Positions 44,059-59,462 of a DNA stretch of 64,000 nt are shown in pieces. A program made the translations under genes and the position numbers. Source of the stretch: Eledone cirrhosa (lineage: Eukaryota); contig OZ024747.1 of NCBI GenBank assembly GCA_964016885.1, positions 85,436,001 through 85,500,000 on the forward strand, in the 5' to 3' direction. How positions within the stretch are numbered: position 1 is the first letter of the stretch; each line of letters begins with the position of its first letter. The notes under the pieces were generated by a model, which ran no database searches, was not told the origin of the DNA, and was given only the letters and a program-made list of their open reading frames with translations.

Positions 44059-44373
44059 AATATGGTTTTATAAATATAGTTTCCATTTATTAATACTGTA
44101 TATTTACTCCAAATATTTGTCGAGTGCTTTATATCAGTTATAATAATATTTGCTTGTTGTATCCCAACAATTTAAATTTAACTTTTGCATATATATATAT
44201 ATATTGTATTTATATATATATTACGTTTCATTACCATTTTGTTTGTTTACATGTCTCTATTTCTCCACCCATTCTTCGTGTCCCAAGAACTTATTTTAGT
44301 TATTGCTCGCACTGACTTTGAGGTATTTGGCCTCAAATGCGAAGTCCTATGTGTGTGTGGGGGGGGGGGGGGG

Positions 44374-44421
<48 letters not shown>

Positions 44422-44782
44422 CATACATACGTGTGTGTGTGTCTGTGTGTGAGTGTGTGCGCGCCTGTTGGCTATATGCATATATGATATATATTCATTC
44501 AAACATTCATACATTATACACATGTGACTGGGGACTGTTCCCAGATAGGAATTCAATGGTCCAAGCCATACCCTGTTACGCTGATCTCGCTTAAGATTGA
44601 CGTTAAGGATACACGTGTCTGTGGAATATTCAACCACTTACACCTTAATTCTCAAGTTGTACGTTTACTCAGCTGAAACTGTGTTCTAACAGTAACAGCG
44701 GACATTTTGTCCTGGGAGTTGAACTTGAGTTGTACTGTCAGTCCGTTAACACCCATGAAACTAAGATAAGTACCGGACTTCA

Positions 44783-45050
44783 GCCCAAACCCAAACTCCA
44801 ACCACAACCCCAAACCCAAACTCGAACCACAACCCCAACCTCAAACCCCAACCCCAACCCCAACACCAAACTCCAACCCCAACCTCAAACCCCAACCCCA
44901 ACCCCAACACCAAACTCCAACCCCAACCTCAAACCCAAACTCCAGCCCCAACACCAAACTCCAACCCCAACCCCAACACCAAACTCCAACCCCAACCCCA
45001 ACCCCAAACTCCAACCCCAAACTCCAAACTTAAACTCCACCCCCCACTCC
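44783..45050. repeat. Degenerate (CCCCAA)n hexamer tract, G-quadruplex-prone on the - strand
   Basis: ccccaa/ctccaa/cccaaa units directly visible. Confidence 0.85.
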
Positions 45051-45442
45051 CATCATCCAATCTTATCTCTAACTCATTGTCTAGACTTGACCCCTATCAC
45101 GTGCAATCCCTACTCCTAATAGGAAGCTAAAAGTTTTGTTCATTTATTTTTTTTAAGACAGTACACACATTCACAAACATATCTGTTAGACACGCAGTGA
45201 TTAACAACAGAATGTTTTAAGTCTGCGTGTGTGTCTAACATACATCAGTAGTTTGTGAATAAAAAATTCAAGGGGTATCGCTGGCCGTGGTGATCCCTCC
45301 CAAACATCTTTTGTAATGTATCGTCTTATTGGCTAATTTCATCGTCTTATTGGCTAATCAACTAACGAAAGTAATTGTTGCTCAAAAGCATCCGCCTCTT
45401 TGTTTGTACGTTTATTTATCGTTTCGCTTTCGAATCTTCCTC

Positions 45443-47450
45443 CTGTGGGGTTGCATAGATCACCTACTAACTAATAAAATGTTTCAAGAAAAAACAACAA
45501 AGAATCGCAGAAACATGACTGTGGTGTGGCTGGACTATCAAAAAGCATTTGATAGTGTACCTCATGGGTGGATTGTTAAGGCTTTACAGTTAGCCAAAGT
45601 CCCACAACCACTGGTAGCTGCTGTTGAACGTCTGGCCAAGAACTGGTACACCAATTTAATCCTTAGAGGTGAGAAGGAGCAAGTTAAGACTGATAAAATA
45701 CATTACCAGAAGGGCATCTTTCAGGGTGATAGCTTGTCAGTGCTACTCTTCGTTCTCTCACTAAATCCACTATCTTACATATCAGGAAACAAGGTGGACA
45801 AAGAAGTGGGTCCAGAAGTATCTCCCATCTTTTCTTTGTTGATGACCTGAAGTTGTATGAGCCAAATATCAATGACATCAAGAAACAATTGGACCTCATT
45901 ACACAATTTTCAACCGACATCAAAGTGAAATTTGGTGAGTCCAAGTGTGCATATTTGGCAGTAAAACGTGGAAGAGCTGTGCCCTCCTCTAGAAATCTAG
46001 AGATGAACGGCCTGACAATACAACCTCTACAGTCAGGTGACAACTACAGATATCTTGGACAGGATGAGAATGTCAGATATGATGGACCCATAAATAAGGA
46101 GAGAACCAGAACTGAATACCTCAGAAGAGTAAAGAAAATATGGTCATCAGAACTGTCAGCGTACAACAAATACATTGCCCACAATACTTATGCTGTGCTA
46201 ATTCTAACGCCAACATTTGGCCTACTGAACTGGTCATTGCAAAAACTAAGTGAGATGGATGTTAGAACTCGCAAACTTCTCAGTGTTACTGGGAACTTTA
46301 ACATCAATGGTGATGTGGATAGGCTATACTTCTCACGCAAGGAAGGTGGCCGGGGTCTAAAATCCATATTAACATCATATGAGACTCGGATAGTAACACT
46401 GAAGCAACATCTTCAACAGAGGAAAAAGGTTGGCAACCATCTTGCCCAGGTTTATGAGCATAAAGAAAAAAATATCATTAGGATAGCCACTGATCTGGAG
46501 GAGAGATATGGAATAAAGCCTGATATAAATCTCTCAGCCAGAGAAATCGGAAGATCCTATTCAATGTTCAAACAAGGTGAAAAAATTGACCAATTTACAG
46601 AAAAGGTTGTGCATGGATACTTGAGACGTAAAACACAGACCATAGAGGGGATAAACCACTCAAAAAGCCTGGCATGGAGTTCCGACAAGTTTATGACATC
46701 ACACCTTGAGGGATATCTCTATGCAATACAGGAACAAGAACTCCCTACCAAATATCTGCTGCACAAAAGAGGAGGGCCATCAGCTGTCAATAAATGTAGG
46801 CTATGTAAAACAAAGATCGAGGATGTAAGCCACATTGTTGCCAGCTGCGAAAGAATGTCGTCTCGCTACTACCTCCCCATGAGACACGATGGGATAGCTA
46901 GAACCATCTGGAACGCACTTCGGAAAACAAAATTAAGAACAAACGAGGAAGAATATATTGAGACAGATGGCACTAAGGAATACTGGTGGAACCTGAAAAT
47001 AAAAACTGCCACCAAATTAAAGCACAACCGGCCTGATATTGATGTTTGGGACGACACATTGAAAATGTGTTCTGTTGTGGAGATCAGCTGCCCACTTGAT
47101 GTAAACGTTGTCAGAAAAATACAGGAGAAGGAGGACATCTACGGACCATTGATGAGGAGTTTACAAATCCAGTATCCAAGATACACCTTTAACTTCATAC
47201 CCATCATTATTGGAGCTACGGGTTATATACCAACCCGCTTGGACCAAAGTATGACTGAACTTGGATTTGCGGACAAAGAGCGCAGCTCCCTAATTCATAG
47301 TCTACAAATGGCTGCGATAACTGGCACCTTCAAAATTTGCAAAACATTCTTGCGATTCAAGGGATGACAATTTCTTTTCTTTTTACAACCTTGCCACCAG
47401 GAAGGTGGCCGGTCAAAAAATATACTCGAAATTAAGAGAAAGAGATAATA
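45443..47450 (+). mobile_element. 5'-truncated RLE-type non-LTR retrotransposon (R4/Dong-like): RT, CCHC finger, restriction-like endonuclease
   Basis: WLDYQKAFDSVPH, GIFQGDSLS, frameshift ~45780-45810, HLFFVDDLKLY, YRYLG, RLY..RKEGGRGL, CRLC..EDVSHIVASC, RHD, HNRPDI...VVEISCP...KEDIY; stop at 47367. Confidence 0.92.
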
Positions 47451-47971
47451 TACATACCTAACAATAGAATGATGTGTGTATATCTGTGGGTGTCTGTATG
47501 TGAGAGTATGCGCGTCGGTGTGTGTGTGTCTGTGCGTGTGTGTGGGTCGGTGTGTTTGTGTATGAGTGTCTGTGCGTGTGTGTGCGTCGGTGTGTTTGTG
47601 TGTGTGTGTCTGCGCGTGTGTGTGTGTCGGTGTGTTTGTGTGTGTGTGTGTTATTCTCATTATATACAATTGTATACAGACAGTCCGTTCCGCAACAGTT
47701 AGTAAGCACTAAATATATATATTTGCCAGACATATTCGCTCTTTTAACGGCGTTAAGGGACAGGGTTTTTGTTCCAAATCCTCCTTTGTGTAACGTTCAA
47801 CGCACCCCCGCTCCTCCAGTCACAGCATATATCGTCATACATGCATCAGAAATCCCCCGACCCCAACGGGTCACCCACATATCGTCTGCAACCGTTAAAT
47901 ACGTTCTCTACCACCTGACCTCCATATTATCGGCAGTCGTTATCATTCGTTTAACATTAAACTTATTCTCC

Positions 47972-50900
47972 ACCACCACAACCACCTCCACTTTATTGTC
48001 TACTGCAGTTAAACATGTTCCCTACCACCACAACCACCTCCACTTTATTGTCTACTGCAGTTAAACATGTTCCCTACCAGCACAACCACCTCCACTTTAT
48101 TGTCTACTGCAGTTAAACATGTTCCCTACCAGCACAACCACCTCCACTTTATTGTCTACTGCAGTTAAACATGTTCCCTACCAGCACAACCACCTCCACT
48201 TTATTGTCTACTGCAGTTAAACATGTTCCCTACCACCACAACCACCTCCACTTTATTGTCTACTGCAGTTAAACATGTTCCCTACCACCACAACCACTTC
48301 CACTTTATTGTCTACTGCAGTTAAACATGTTCCCTACCACCACAACCACCTCCACTCTATTGTCTACTGCAGTTAAACATGTTCCCTAACACAATAACCA
48401 CCTCCACTCTATTGTCTACTGCAGTTAAACATGTTCCCTACCACCACAACCACCTCCACTTTATTGTCTACTGCAGTTAAACATGTTCCCTAACACCACA
48501 ACCACCTCCACTTTATTGTCTACTGCAGTTAAACATGTTCCCTAACACCACAACCACTTCCACTTTATTGTCTACTGCAGTTAAACATGTTCCCTACCAC
48601 CACAACCACCTCCACTCTATTGTCTACTGCAGTTAAACATGTTCCCTAACACAATAACCACCTCCACTCTATTGTCTACTGCAGTTAAACATGTTCCCTA
48701 CCACCACAACCACCTCCACTTTATTGTCTACTGCAGTTAAACATGTTCCCTACCAGCACAACCACCTCCACTTTATTGTCTACTGCAGTTAAACATATTC
48801 CCTACCAGCACAACCACCTCCACTCTATTGTCTACTGCAGTTAAACATGTTCCCTACCACCACAACCACCTCCACTCTATTGTCTACTGCAGTTAAACAT
48901 GTTCCCTACCACCACAACCACCTCCACTCTATTGTCTACTGCAGTTAAACATGTTCCCTACCACCACAACCACTTCCACTTTATTGTCTACTGCAGTTAA
49001 ACATGTTCCCTACCAGCACAACCACCTCCACTTTATTGTCTACTGCAGTTAAACATGTTCCCTACCAGCACAACCACCTCCACTCTATTGTCTACTGCAG
49101 TTAAACATGTTCCCTACCACCACAACCACCTCCACTCTATTGTCTACTGCAGTTAAACATGTTCCCTACCACCACAACCACCTCCACTCTATTGTCTACT
49201 GCAGCTAAACATGTTCCCTACCACCACAACCACTTCCACTTTATTGTCTACTGCAGTTAAACATGTTCCCTACCAGCACAACCACCTCCACTCTATTGTC
49301 TACTGCAGTTAAACATGTTCCCTACCACCACAACCACCTCCACTCTATTGTCTACTGCAGTTAAACATGTTCCCTACCACCACAACCACCTCCACTCTAT
49401 TGTCTACTGCAGTTAAACATGTTCCCTACCACCACAACCACCTCCACTCTATTGTCTACTGCAGTTAAACATGTTCCCTACCACCACAACCACCTCCACT
49501 CTATTGTCTACTGCAGTTAAACATGTTCCCTACCACCACAACCACCTCCACTCTATTGTCTACTGCAGTTAAACATGTTCCCTACCAGCACAACCACCTC
49601 CACTTTATTGTCTACTGCAGTTAAACATGTTCCCTACCACCACAACCACCTCCACTCTATTGTCTACTGCAGTTAAACATGTCCCTACCATCATAACCAC
49701 CTCCACTCTATTGTCTACTGCAGTTAAACATGTTCCCTACCACCACAACCACCTCCACTTTATTGTCTACTGCAGTTAAACATGTTCCCTACCACCACAA
49801 CCACCTCCACTCTATTGTCTACTGCAGTTAAACATGTTCCCTACCACCACAACCACCTCCACTCTATTGTCTACTGCAGTTAAACATGTTCCCTACCACC
49901 ACAACCACCTCCACTCTATTGTCTACTGCAGTTAAACATGTTCCCTACCAGCACAACCACCTCCACTTTATTGTCTACTGCAGTTAAACATGTTCCCTAC
50001 CACCACAACCACCTCCACTCTATTGTCTACTGCAGTTAAACATGTTCCCTACCAGCACAACCACCTCCACTCTATTGTCTACTGCAGTTAAACATGTTCC
50101 CTACCACCACAACCACCTCCACTCTATTGTCTACTGCAGTTAAACATGTTCCCTACCACCACAACCACCTCCACTCTATTGTCTACTGCAGTTAAACATG
50201 TTCCCTACCAGCACAACCACCTCCACTCTATTGTCTACTGCAGTTAAACATGTTCCCTACCACCACAACCACCTCCACTCTATTGTCTACTGCAGTTAAA
50301 CATGTTCCCTACCACCACAACCACCTCCACTCTATTGTCTACTGCAGTTAAACATGTTCCCTACCACCACAACCACCTCCACTCTATTGTCTACTGCAGT
50401 TAAACATGTTCCCTACCACCACAACCACCTCCACTCTATTGTCTACTGCAGTTAAACATGTTCCCTACCACCACAACCACCTCCACTCTATTGTCTACTG
50501 CAGTTAAACATGTTCCCTACCACCACAACCACCTCCACTCTATTGTCTACTGCAGTTAAACATGTTCCCTAACACCACAACCACTTCCATTCTATTGTCT
50601 ACTGCAGTTAAACATGTTCCCTACCAGCACAACCACCTCCACTCTATTGTCTACTGCAGTTAAACATGTTCCCTACCACCACAACCACCTCCACTCTATT
50701 GTCTACTGCAGTTAAACATGTTCCCTACCACCACAACCACCTCCACTCTATTGTCTACTGCAGTTAAACATGTTCGCTACCACCACAACCACCTCCACTC
50801 TATTGTCTACTGCAGTTAAACATGTTCCCTACCACCACAACCACCTCCACTTTATTGTCTACTGCAGTTAAACATGTTCCCTAACACCACAACCACCTCC

Positions 50901-53605
50901 ACTCTATTGTCTACTGCAGTTAAACATGTTCCCTACCACCACAACCATCTCCACTTTATTGTCTACTGCAGTTAAACATGTTCCCTACCACCACAACCTC
51001 CTCCACTTTATTGTCTACTGCAGTTAAACATGTTCCCTACCACCACAACCACCTCCACTCTATTGTCTACTGCAGTTAAACATGTTCCCTACCACCACAA
51101 CCACCTCCACTCTATTGTCTACTGCAGTTAAACATGTTCCCTACCACCACAACCACCTCCACTTTATTGTCTACTGCAGTTAAACATGTTCCCTACCACC
51201 ACAACCACCTCCACTCTATTGTCTACTGCAGTTAAACATGTTCCCTACCACCACAACCACCTCCACTCTATTGTCTACTGCAGTTAAACATGTTCCCTAC
51301 CACCACAACCACCTCCACTCTATTGTCTACTGCAGTTAAACATGTTCCCTACCACCACAACCACCTCCACTCTATTGTCTACTGCAGTTAAACATGTTCC
51401 CTACCACCACAACCACCTCCACTCTATTGTCTACTGCAGTTAAACATGTTCCCTACCACCACAACCACCTCCACTTTATTGTCTACTGCAGTTAAACATG
51501 TTCCCTACCACCACAACCACCTCCACTCTATTGTCTACTGCAGTTAAACATGTTCCCTACCACCACAACCACCTCCACTCTATTGTCTACTGCAGTTAAA
51601 CATGTTCCCTACCACCACAACCACCTCCACTCTATTGTCTACTGCAGTTAAACATGTTCCCTACCACCACAACCACCTCCACTCTATTGTCTACTGCAGT
51701 TAAACATGTTCCCTACCATCACAACCACCTCCACTTTATTGTCTACTGCAGTTAAACATGTTCCCTACCACCACAACCACCTCCACTCTATTGTCTACTG
51801 CAGTTAAACATGTTCCCTACCAGCACAACCACCTCCACTCTATTGTCTACTGCAGTTAAACATGTTCCCTAACACCACAACCACCTCCACTCTATTGTCT
51901 ACTGCAGTTAAACATGTTCCCTAACACAATAACCACCTCCACTCTATTGTCTACTGCAGTTAAACATGTTCCCTACCACCACAACCACCTCCACTCTATT
52001 GTCTACTGCAGTTAAACATGTTCCCTACCAGCACAACCACCTCCACTCTATTGTCTACTGCAGTTAAACATGTTCCCTAACACAATAACCACCTCCACTC
52101 TATTGTCTACTGCAGTTAAACATGTTCCCTACCACCACAACCACCTCCACTCTATTGTCTACTGCAGTTAAACATGTTCCCTACCACCACAACCACCTCC
52201 ACTCTATTGTCTACTGCAGTTAAACATGTTCCCTAACACAATAACCACCTCCACTCTATTGTCTACTGCAGTTAAACATGTTCCCTACCACCACAACCAC
52301 CTCCACTCTATTGTCTACTGCAGTTAAACATGTTCCCTACCACCACAACCACCTCCACTCTATTGTCTACTGCAGTTAAACATGTTCCCTAACACCACAA
52401 CCACCTCCACTCTATTGTCTACTGCAGTTAAACATGTTCCCTACCACCACAACCACCTCCACTTTATTGTCTACTGCAGTTAAACATGTTCCCTACCACC
52501 ACAATCACCTCCACTTTATTGTCTACTGCAGTTAAACATGTTCCCTAACACCACAACCACCTCCACTCTATTGTCTACTGCAGTAAAACATGTTCCCTAC
52601 CACCACAACCACCTCCACTTTATTGTCTACTGCAGTTAAACATGTTCCCTACCACCACAACCACCTCCACTCTATTGTCTACTGCAGTTAAACATGTTCC
52701 CTAACACAATAACCACCTCCACTTTATTGTCTACTGCAGTTAAACATGTTCCCTACCACCACAACCACCTCCACTCTATTGTCTACTGCAGTTAAACATG
52801 TTCCCTAACACAATAACCACCTCCACTTTATTGTCTACTGCAGTTAAACATGTTCCCTACCACCACAACCACCTCCACTTTATTGTCTACTGCAGTTAAA
52901 CATGTTCCCTAACACAATAACCACCTCCACTTTATTGTCTACTGCAGTTAAACATGTTCCCTACCACCACAACCATCTCCACTCTATTGTCTACTGCAGT
53001 TAAACATGTTCCCTACCACCACAACCACCTCCACTCTATTGTCTACTGCAGTTAAACATGTTCCCTACCAGCACAACCACCTCCACTTTATTGTCTACTG
53101 CAGTTAAACATGTTCCCTACCAGCACAACCACCTCCACTTTATTGTCTACTGCAGTTAAACATGTTCCCTACCACCACAACTATCTCCACTCTATTGTCT
53201 ACTGTAGTTAAACATGTTCCCTACCACCACAACCATCTCCACTCTATTGTCTACTGCAGTTAAACATGTTCCCTACCAGCACAACCACCTCCACTTTATT
53301 GTCTACTGCAGTTAAACATGTTCCCTACCACCACAACCATCTCCACTCTATTGTCTACTGTAGTTAAACATGTTCCCTACCACCACAACCATCTCCACTC
53401 TATTGTCTACTGCAGTTAAACATGTTCCCTACCAGCACAACCACCTCCACTTTATTGTCTACTGCAGTTAAACATGTTCCCTACCACCACAACCATCTCC
53501 ACTCTATTGTCTACTGTAGTTAAACATGTTCCCTACCACCACAACCATCTCCACTCTATTGTCTACTGTAGTTAAACATGTTCCCTAACACAATAACCAC
53601 CTCCG
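47972..53605. repeat. 52-bp minisatellite, ~108 copies (5.6 kb)
   Basis: Unit accaccacaaccacctccactctattgtctactgcagttaaacatgttccct; period 52 (48001, 48053, ...). Confidence 0.97.
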
Positions 53606-53851
53606 CTTATATCATCTGCAACCGTTAAAATATATCATTTGACACATCATCTAACTCGCCATATTGTCTGCAGTTTAACATTCTCCATCACCGCATCCGC
53701 CATGTGTCGCTAAGCACGTTCTCAACTACAACCACCACCACCACTACCACCACCACCTCCACTATGTATCGTTAAACACGTTCTCTACCACCTCACCCCA
53801 CCAATATTGTTTGCAGACGTTAAACATGTTTTCAACCGCATCACCCTATAT

Positions 53852-54221
53852 TAAAGGTTTCAAACTCTAGGACTCAAAAGGGTCATTACTTTTTGGCGAA
53901 GAGTCACGGTTTGCCAAAAGTGTGAAGGGAGACGGCTGATAGGTCTTTGAAACCAGCCGATGTAGATATCACTAACATTCTTATTAAGAATGCCTTTAAT
54001 GTATATAAAATTGGATACATATTTCTACTTTTCAGCTTTTGATCTTGAAGTGAAAGCAACTGAAATATTAAAGTACAATCTTACCTTCTGGCTGATCTTG
54101 TAATTGATTGTCTGTTTACATTAGGTTGGCAGGTCAAGATTAATACTGCTACTGCTGCAAGAATATGGAAGAGGCGAGGGACAAATTACCACGTCACAGA
54201 GAAGCAGTTTGTAAGCCCCTA
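53852..54221. mobile_element. Degenerate hAT-type MITE
   Basis: Ends taaaggtttcaaact / agtttgtaagccccta; 8-bp TSD-like ccctatat / ccctacat. Confidence 0.6.
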
Positions 54222-54549
54222 CCCTACATCGCAAACAGCCGTTAACACTTGTTTAACGTTAAATATGTTCACTATCCCTATCCCCATACCCTTTGCAGCC
54301 GTTAAATACCTTCACTTCACTACCCCTACCCGTAATATCGTCTGCAGCTGTTAAACGCGTTCACTACAACCACAAGTCCCCCTCGCCTATATCGTCTGCA
54401 ATTGTAAAACACGTTCTCTACCCTACCCCGTATATCGTCTGCCGCCGTTACATACCTTCTTTTGTCATGTTTAATATCGCATCACACGCCATGAATTTCA
54501 TAATGTAGGTTAAACTGCGTTTTCACGTACTCACTGTCACCCCACCCCC

Positions 54550-54609
<60 letters not shown>

Positions 54610-54764
54610 CCCTCTCTCTCTCCCCACATGAATATATGTATCTATATAATTTAATATATATTTTTAAACGATATGAAAGGATATATCAATTGAGAAACCA
54701 ACAAGCATTTAATAATACATAAATACTTAAAGGAAATAAAAATAAAATTAAGTGGACGTTGGGT

Positions 54765-55111
54765 GCTATTCACCGCAAGAGACTCGATGATACATACACT
54801 AGAATGCTACGTTCGGCATACAACTCCTAGAGACATCACCCAACAAACAAGTCTCTATATGGATACCTTGTCACACATCTCTAATGTTGTGAATCGTCGC
54901 TGTCTAGCCCCTCCTAGGCATGTCACTGGCCACGATGAACCCACTGCAAAGAGACAAGTTGACTGGCCGTATATCACATTGAAATCAATCATTGAGATGG
55001 ACATAGGCTTCAAAGGTCGATCGTGCTGCAATGGTCGATCGGGAACTCTGGAACTCGCACTTTCCCTACGCCTCACCAGCACCTTAAGGCAGCACATGAC
55101 TCAAGAAGAAG
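54765..55111 (+). pseudogene. RTE-clade LINE 3' fragment
   Basis: Hand translation KRLDDTYTRMLRSAYNS*RHHPTNKSLYG ... RRCLA..RH ... AMVDRELW; short gaa tail then (TA)n. Confidence 0.72.
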
Positions 55112-55120
55112 ATATATATA

Positions 55121-55168
<48 letters not shown>

Positions 55169-55542
55169 TGTAATAAACAACATAAGATAATTATTTCATT
55201 TACCAAAGGTTTCACGAAGACAGAATAGCCTGCCACAGACGTCTGCCTTCAACCGTCAGAATGAAGTTTTATTTAAAATGGCAGTGAGATATGGATTTCA
55301 AAACAGAGTCTAGGACAATTGAAAGCGAGGCTGAAATAAAATAACGGACATAATGTAAAGGGGAAAATAAAAAATGTATATGTATATATACAAAACACAT
55401 ATACAAGCACATACTCACACAAATACGTATACTCACACATTCACACATACGTATATGTGCGCCTACATGCAAATACAAACACACATATATACACGCGTTC
55501 CATATATTTAATATAGAAAAGGCTTCTACAGGACTAGCCCTG

Positions 55543-55597
55543 GGCTTCCTGATGGATGATTTCCCCCTAATGAAACAGTTCTAGTCCTGTAGAAGCC
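55543..55597 (+). ncRNA. Hammerhead-like motif with CUGAUGG core variant, preceded by an inverted copy of its 3' flank (55505-55537)
   Basis: ggcttc-CTGATGG-...-GAAA-cag..ctg-TA-gaagcc; stems I and III perfect, stem II weak; module ends in (TA)n at ~55685. Confidence 0.6.
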
Positions 55598-55685
55598 TTT
55601 TCTATATTAAATATTTATACTCTGCTTTGTATTGAGTACCTTACTTACTGTGGTTACTCCCGATTGAACCCAGGATAAACTTTTA

Positions 55686-55919
<234 letters not shown>

Positions 55920-55922
55920 ATA

Positions 55923-56294
55923 CAGTGTACCCCCGGCATTCGCAATCCCGGTTATTCGCGGATTTTTCCTTAGAAGCTAACTAATAATTGTTCGTGGAAA
56001 CGACCGCATATTCGCGGAATCGTAAATATCTTCCGCGACTTTTATTATGGCTTTTTTAGTGGCAATATATATATATATATTTTTAACGCTAAATTATTAA
56101 TAACAATATACCGTATTTGTCGGCCTATTGGACGCTCCTTCGCATAAAACGCTCCCTCTTTTTTTTAAATTATATTTTACGTTATATTTTGACGTTTATA
56201 GGCATTTTTATGGACCACGTCCAATATTCGCGGTTTTTCACTCTTCGCGGGTGCTCTAGTAACGTAACCCTAGCGAATACCTGGGGGACTACTG
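55923..56294. mobile_element. Tc1/mariner-superfamily (pogo/Tigger-like) MITE
   Basis: TA|cagtgtacccccggcattcgc ... gcgaatacctgggggactactg|TA; internal repeated attcgcgg motifs. Confidence 0.8.
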
Positions 56295-56327
<33 letters not shown>

Positions 56328-56731
56328 ATGTGTGTGTGTGTGCGTGTGTGTGTGAGCGTGTATGTGTGCGTGTGTGTTATGTATATGTGTGTGCACGTAT
56401 GTGAATGTGAGTGTGCTTGCGAGTGTGTGTGATAAACAGATAGAGAGAGAAAGAGAAACAAAAAACAAACAGACAGGCCGTCAGAGAGACAGACAGACCG
56501 TCAGACAGACAGATAGACCACACCAATGTCAGCGCAGTCTACTTTCTGACATGTTTGGATCATTTAGAACAATTTTCTCCTTCCCTTTTTAAAGTTCAAC
56601 ATGTGACAATTTGTTCTCCAGATTCCAATGGCGCCGATTTGTTTCTTTATTTGAAAGAAACCAGCTCCTTCTTTACAGGAAGAATTCAAATAATTAAAAT
56701 AAAAAGTAAATTTAGAAAAAAACGCATTTAA

Positions 56732-56953
56732 CCCTTTAGCATTTACATTACTCTATATATACTATTGTATTTTCGTGGTAAAGGCTTTATCTCGCATAAC
56801 TATTTCACATAATATTGAATCTATGAGATTTTGATGTTATTTATTTTGAGGACAATACCTTAACACAAAATATGAGTGGACGGTTATGGCCGGTTTGAAC
56901 AGAAAGAGGTGAAAGAATGTTGGCCGGATATGGCCGGTTTAAATGCTAAAGGG
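56732..56953. mobile_element. piggyBac-type MITE
   Basis: TTAA|ccctttagcattta ... taaatgctaaaggg|TTAA. Confidence 0.85.
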
Positions 56954-57946
56954 TTAACTTTTCCTTCCTAGCCAACGCTGTCACGCTCACCCCCATCCAC
57001 CAAGCAAGACACAAAGAAATAAGTTTTTCGTTTTGCCATCAATCATTTTACACTTCTAGGTGGAGGTTAAAAGAGGTTATTTTTTTAGTTTATTATATTT
57101 TTGTTGGTTCGATTATTTGTGTATTTTCGTTATATTTACCGAGTTCTAGAACGTTCGTTCTTTCTGGCCTCCTAAAATGACATGTTTCTATGCCCTAAGA
57201 TGACATGTGTGTCTGTCTCCTGATATGACATGAATGTGAGGGGGTGAGGCTTAGAAAAACTTGACAATAATTTTAACTGTCAAAAAAAGCAAGCATGCAA
57301 TGTGGCTTTATGTTGAAAGCAGAAGGAAACATCATCAACAACAACAATAGCAACAACAGTAACAACAACAGAACGATCACAATTACATCGTCAACATCAC
57401 CAACAACAAAAACAACAACAACCGTAACAACAATAACCACAACACCACCAACAACAACAGTAACCACAAATACATTGTCAACGTCACCAACAACAAAAAT
57501 AACAACAACCGTAACAACAATAACCATAAAACCACCACCAACAACAACAACAACAATACCAACACCGAAGCATGGAGCCACAATTGAATGCAAAATCAAG
57601 AAGAGGGTTGTGAGGTGGTCACACTATATTGACCTCAACAGCAAGCAATTATATAACAAAGACATGTTGACATTAATATGAGTGAAGGGTAAACAATTGT
57701 GAGAAAAATGTCGGACATGCTGTGTTGTACTTATAACTAATGCACTTGGTTGGGTCAGCACTATGAGGATGGTATTCATAGATGTTGGTAACATTTTAAT
57801 TACCAAATAATCAGCCTTCTAACTCATAACATTCTGTAATGATTTAGCTGAAAATATCTCTAAAACTTGTATATATATATATATATATATTATTGGCAAC
57901 ATGACCCTCCCAAAGTATAACAATATATATATATATATATATATAT

Positions 57947-58908
57947 ACGATATTAATAAATGGAAACTATATTTATAAAACCATATTTATTTCATTATAC
58001 ATATTTCAGGGATACCAAATTAAATTATGGTATGCCTTCATCAGACAAAATACAATATATAACAGTTTTACAAATAAGCTTCGACGTACCCTTTTAAAAT
58101 GCAACCATTATTTTTGGAAGCCATCTGGATAGTGAATTGTTTATATTATTTTAATAAGTCTTAGTGTTAAGGACAATTAGAAATTAATATATGAAACCTG
58201 TCGATAAATCATTAGATTCCTTCACCTTTTTCTTTTTAAATTTTCTTCCTAAATATAAACATAGATATAATAAACTACTCTAAAATGTTTATACTTCCAA
58301 TGTCTTAAATAAAATATACGTAAGATAAATTTCTATACTAAATATAAGGATATCTGTAGAATCCTTGGCTTTTTTTAATTTTTTAAATTTTTTAATTTTT
58401 TAATTTTTTAAACTTTTTAAATTATATTGATATATTTATTTAACTTTTATTTTATTTTTATTTTTATTTATTTTTTTTTTTTTTTGTTTTATTTTATTTT
58501 TTTTTTATTTTTTTTTTTTTTACTTTATTTTTATTTTTATTTTTATTTTTATTTTTATTTTTATTTTTATTTTTATTTTTATTTTTATTTTTATTTTTAT
58601 TTTTATTTTTATTTTTATTTTTATTTTTATTTTTATTTTTATTTTTATTTTTATTTTTATTTTTATTTTTATTTTTATTTTTATTTTTATTTTTATTTTT
58701 ATTTTTTTTATTTTTTTTATTTTTATTTTTATTTTTATTTTTATTTTTATTTTTATTTTTATTTTTATTTTTATTTTTATTTTTATTTTTTTTATTTTTA
58801 TTTTTATTTTTATTTTTATTTTTATTTTTATTTTTATTTTTATTTTTATTTTTATTTTTATTTTTATTTTTATTTTTATTTTTATTTTTATTTTTATTTT
58901 TATTTTTA

Positions 58909-58939
<31 letters not shown>

Positions 58940-59431
58940 TTATTTTTATTTTTATTTTTATTTTTATTTTTATTTTTATTTTTATTTTTATTTTTATTTT
59001 TAATTTTATTTTTATTTTTATTTTTATTTTTATTTTTATTTTTATTTTTATTTTTATTTTTATTTTTATTTTTATTTTTATTTTTATTTTTATTTTTATT
59101 TTTATTTTTATTTTTATTTTTATTTTTATTTTTAATTTTATTTTTATTTTTATTTTTATTTTTATTTTTATTTTTATTTTTATTTTTATTTTTATTTTTA
59201 TTTTTATTTTTATTTTTATTTTTATTTTTATTTTTATTTTTATTTTTATTTTTATTTTTATTTTTATTTTTATTATTTTTATTTTTATTTTTATTTTTAT
59301 TTTTATTTTTATTTTTATTTTTATTTTTATTTTTATTTTTATTTTTATTTTTATTTTTATTTTTATTTTTATTTTTATTTTTATTTTTATTTTTATTTTT
59401 ATTTTTATTTTTATTTTTATTTTTATTTTTA

Positions 59432-59462
<31 letters not shown>

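Noticed and set aside
44783-45050. Telomere or telomerase-added repeat
   Set aside because: Degenerate mixed hexamers, not TTAGGG, and internal to the window.
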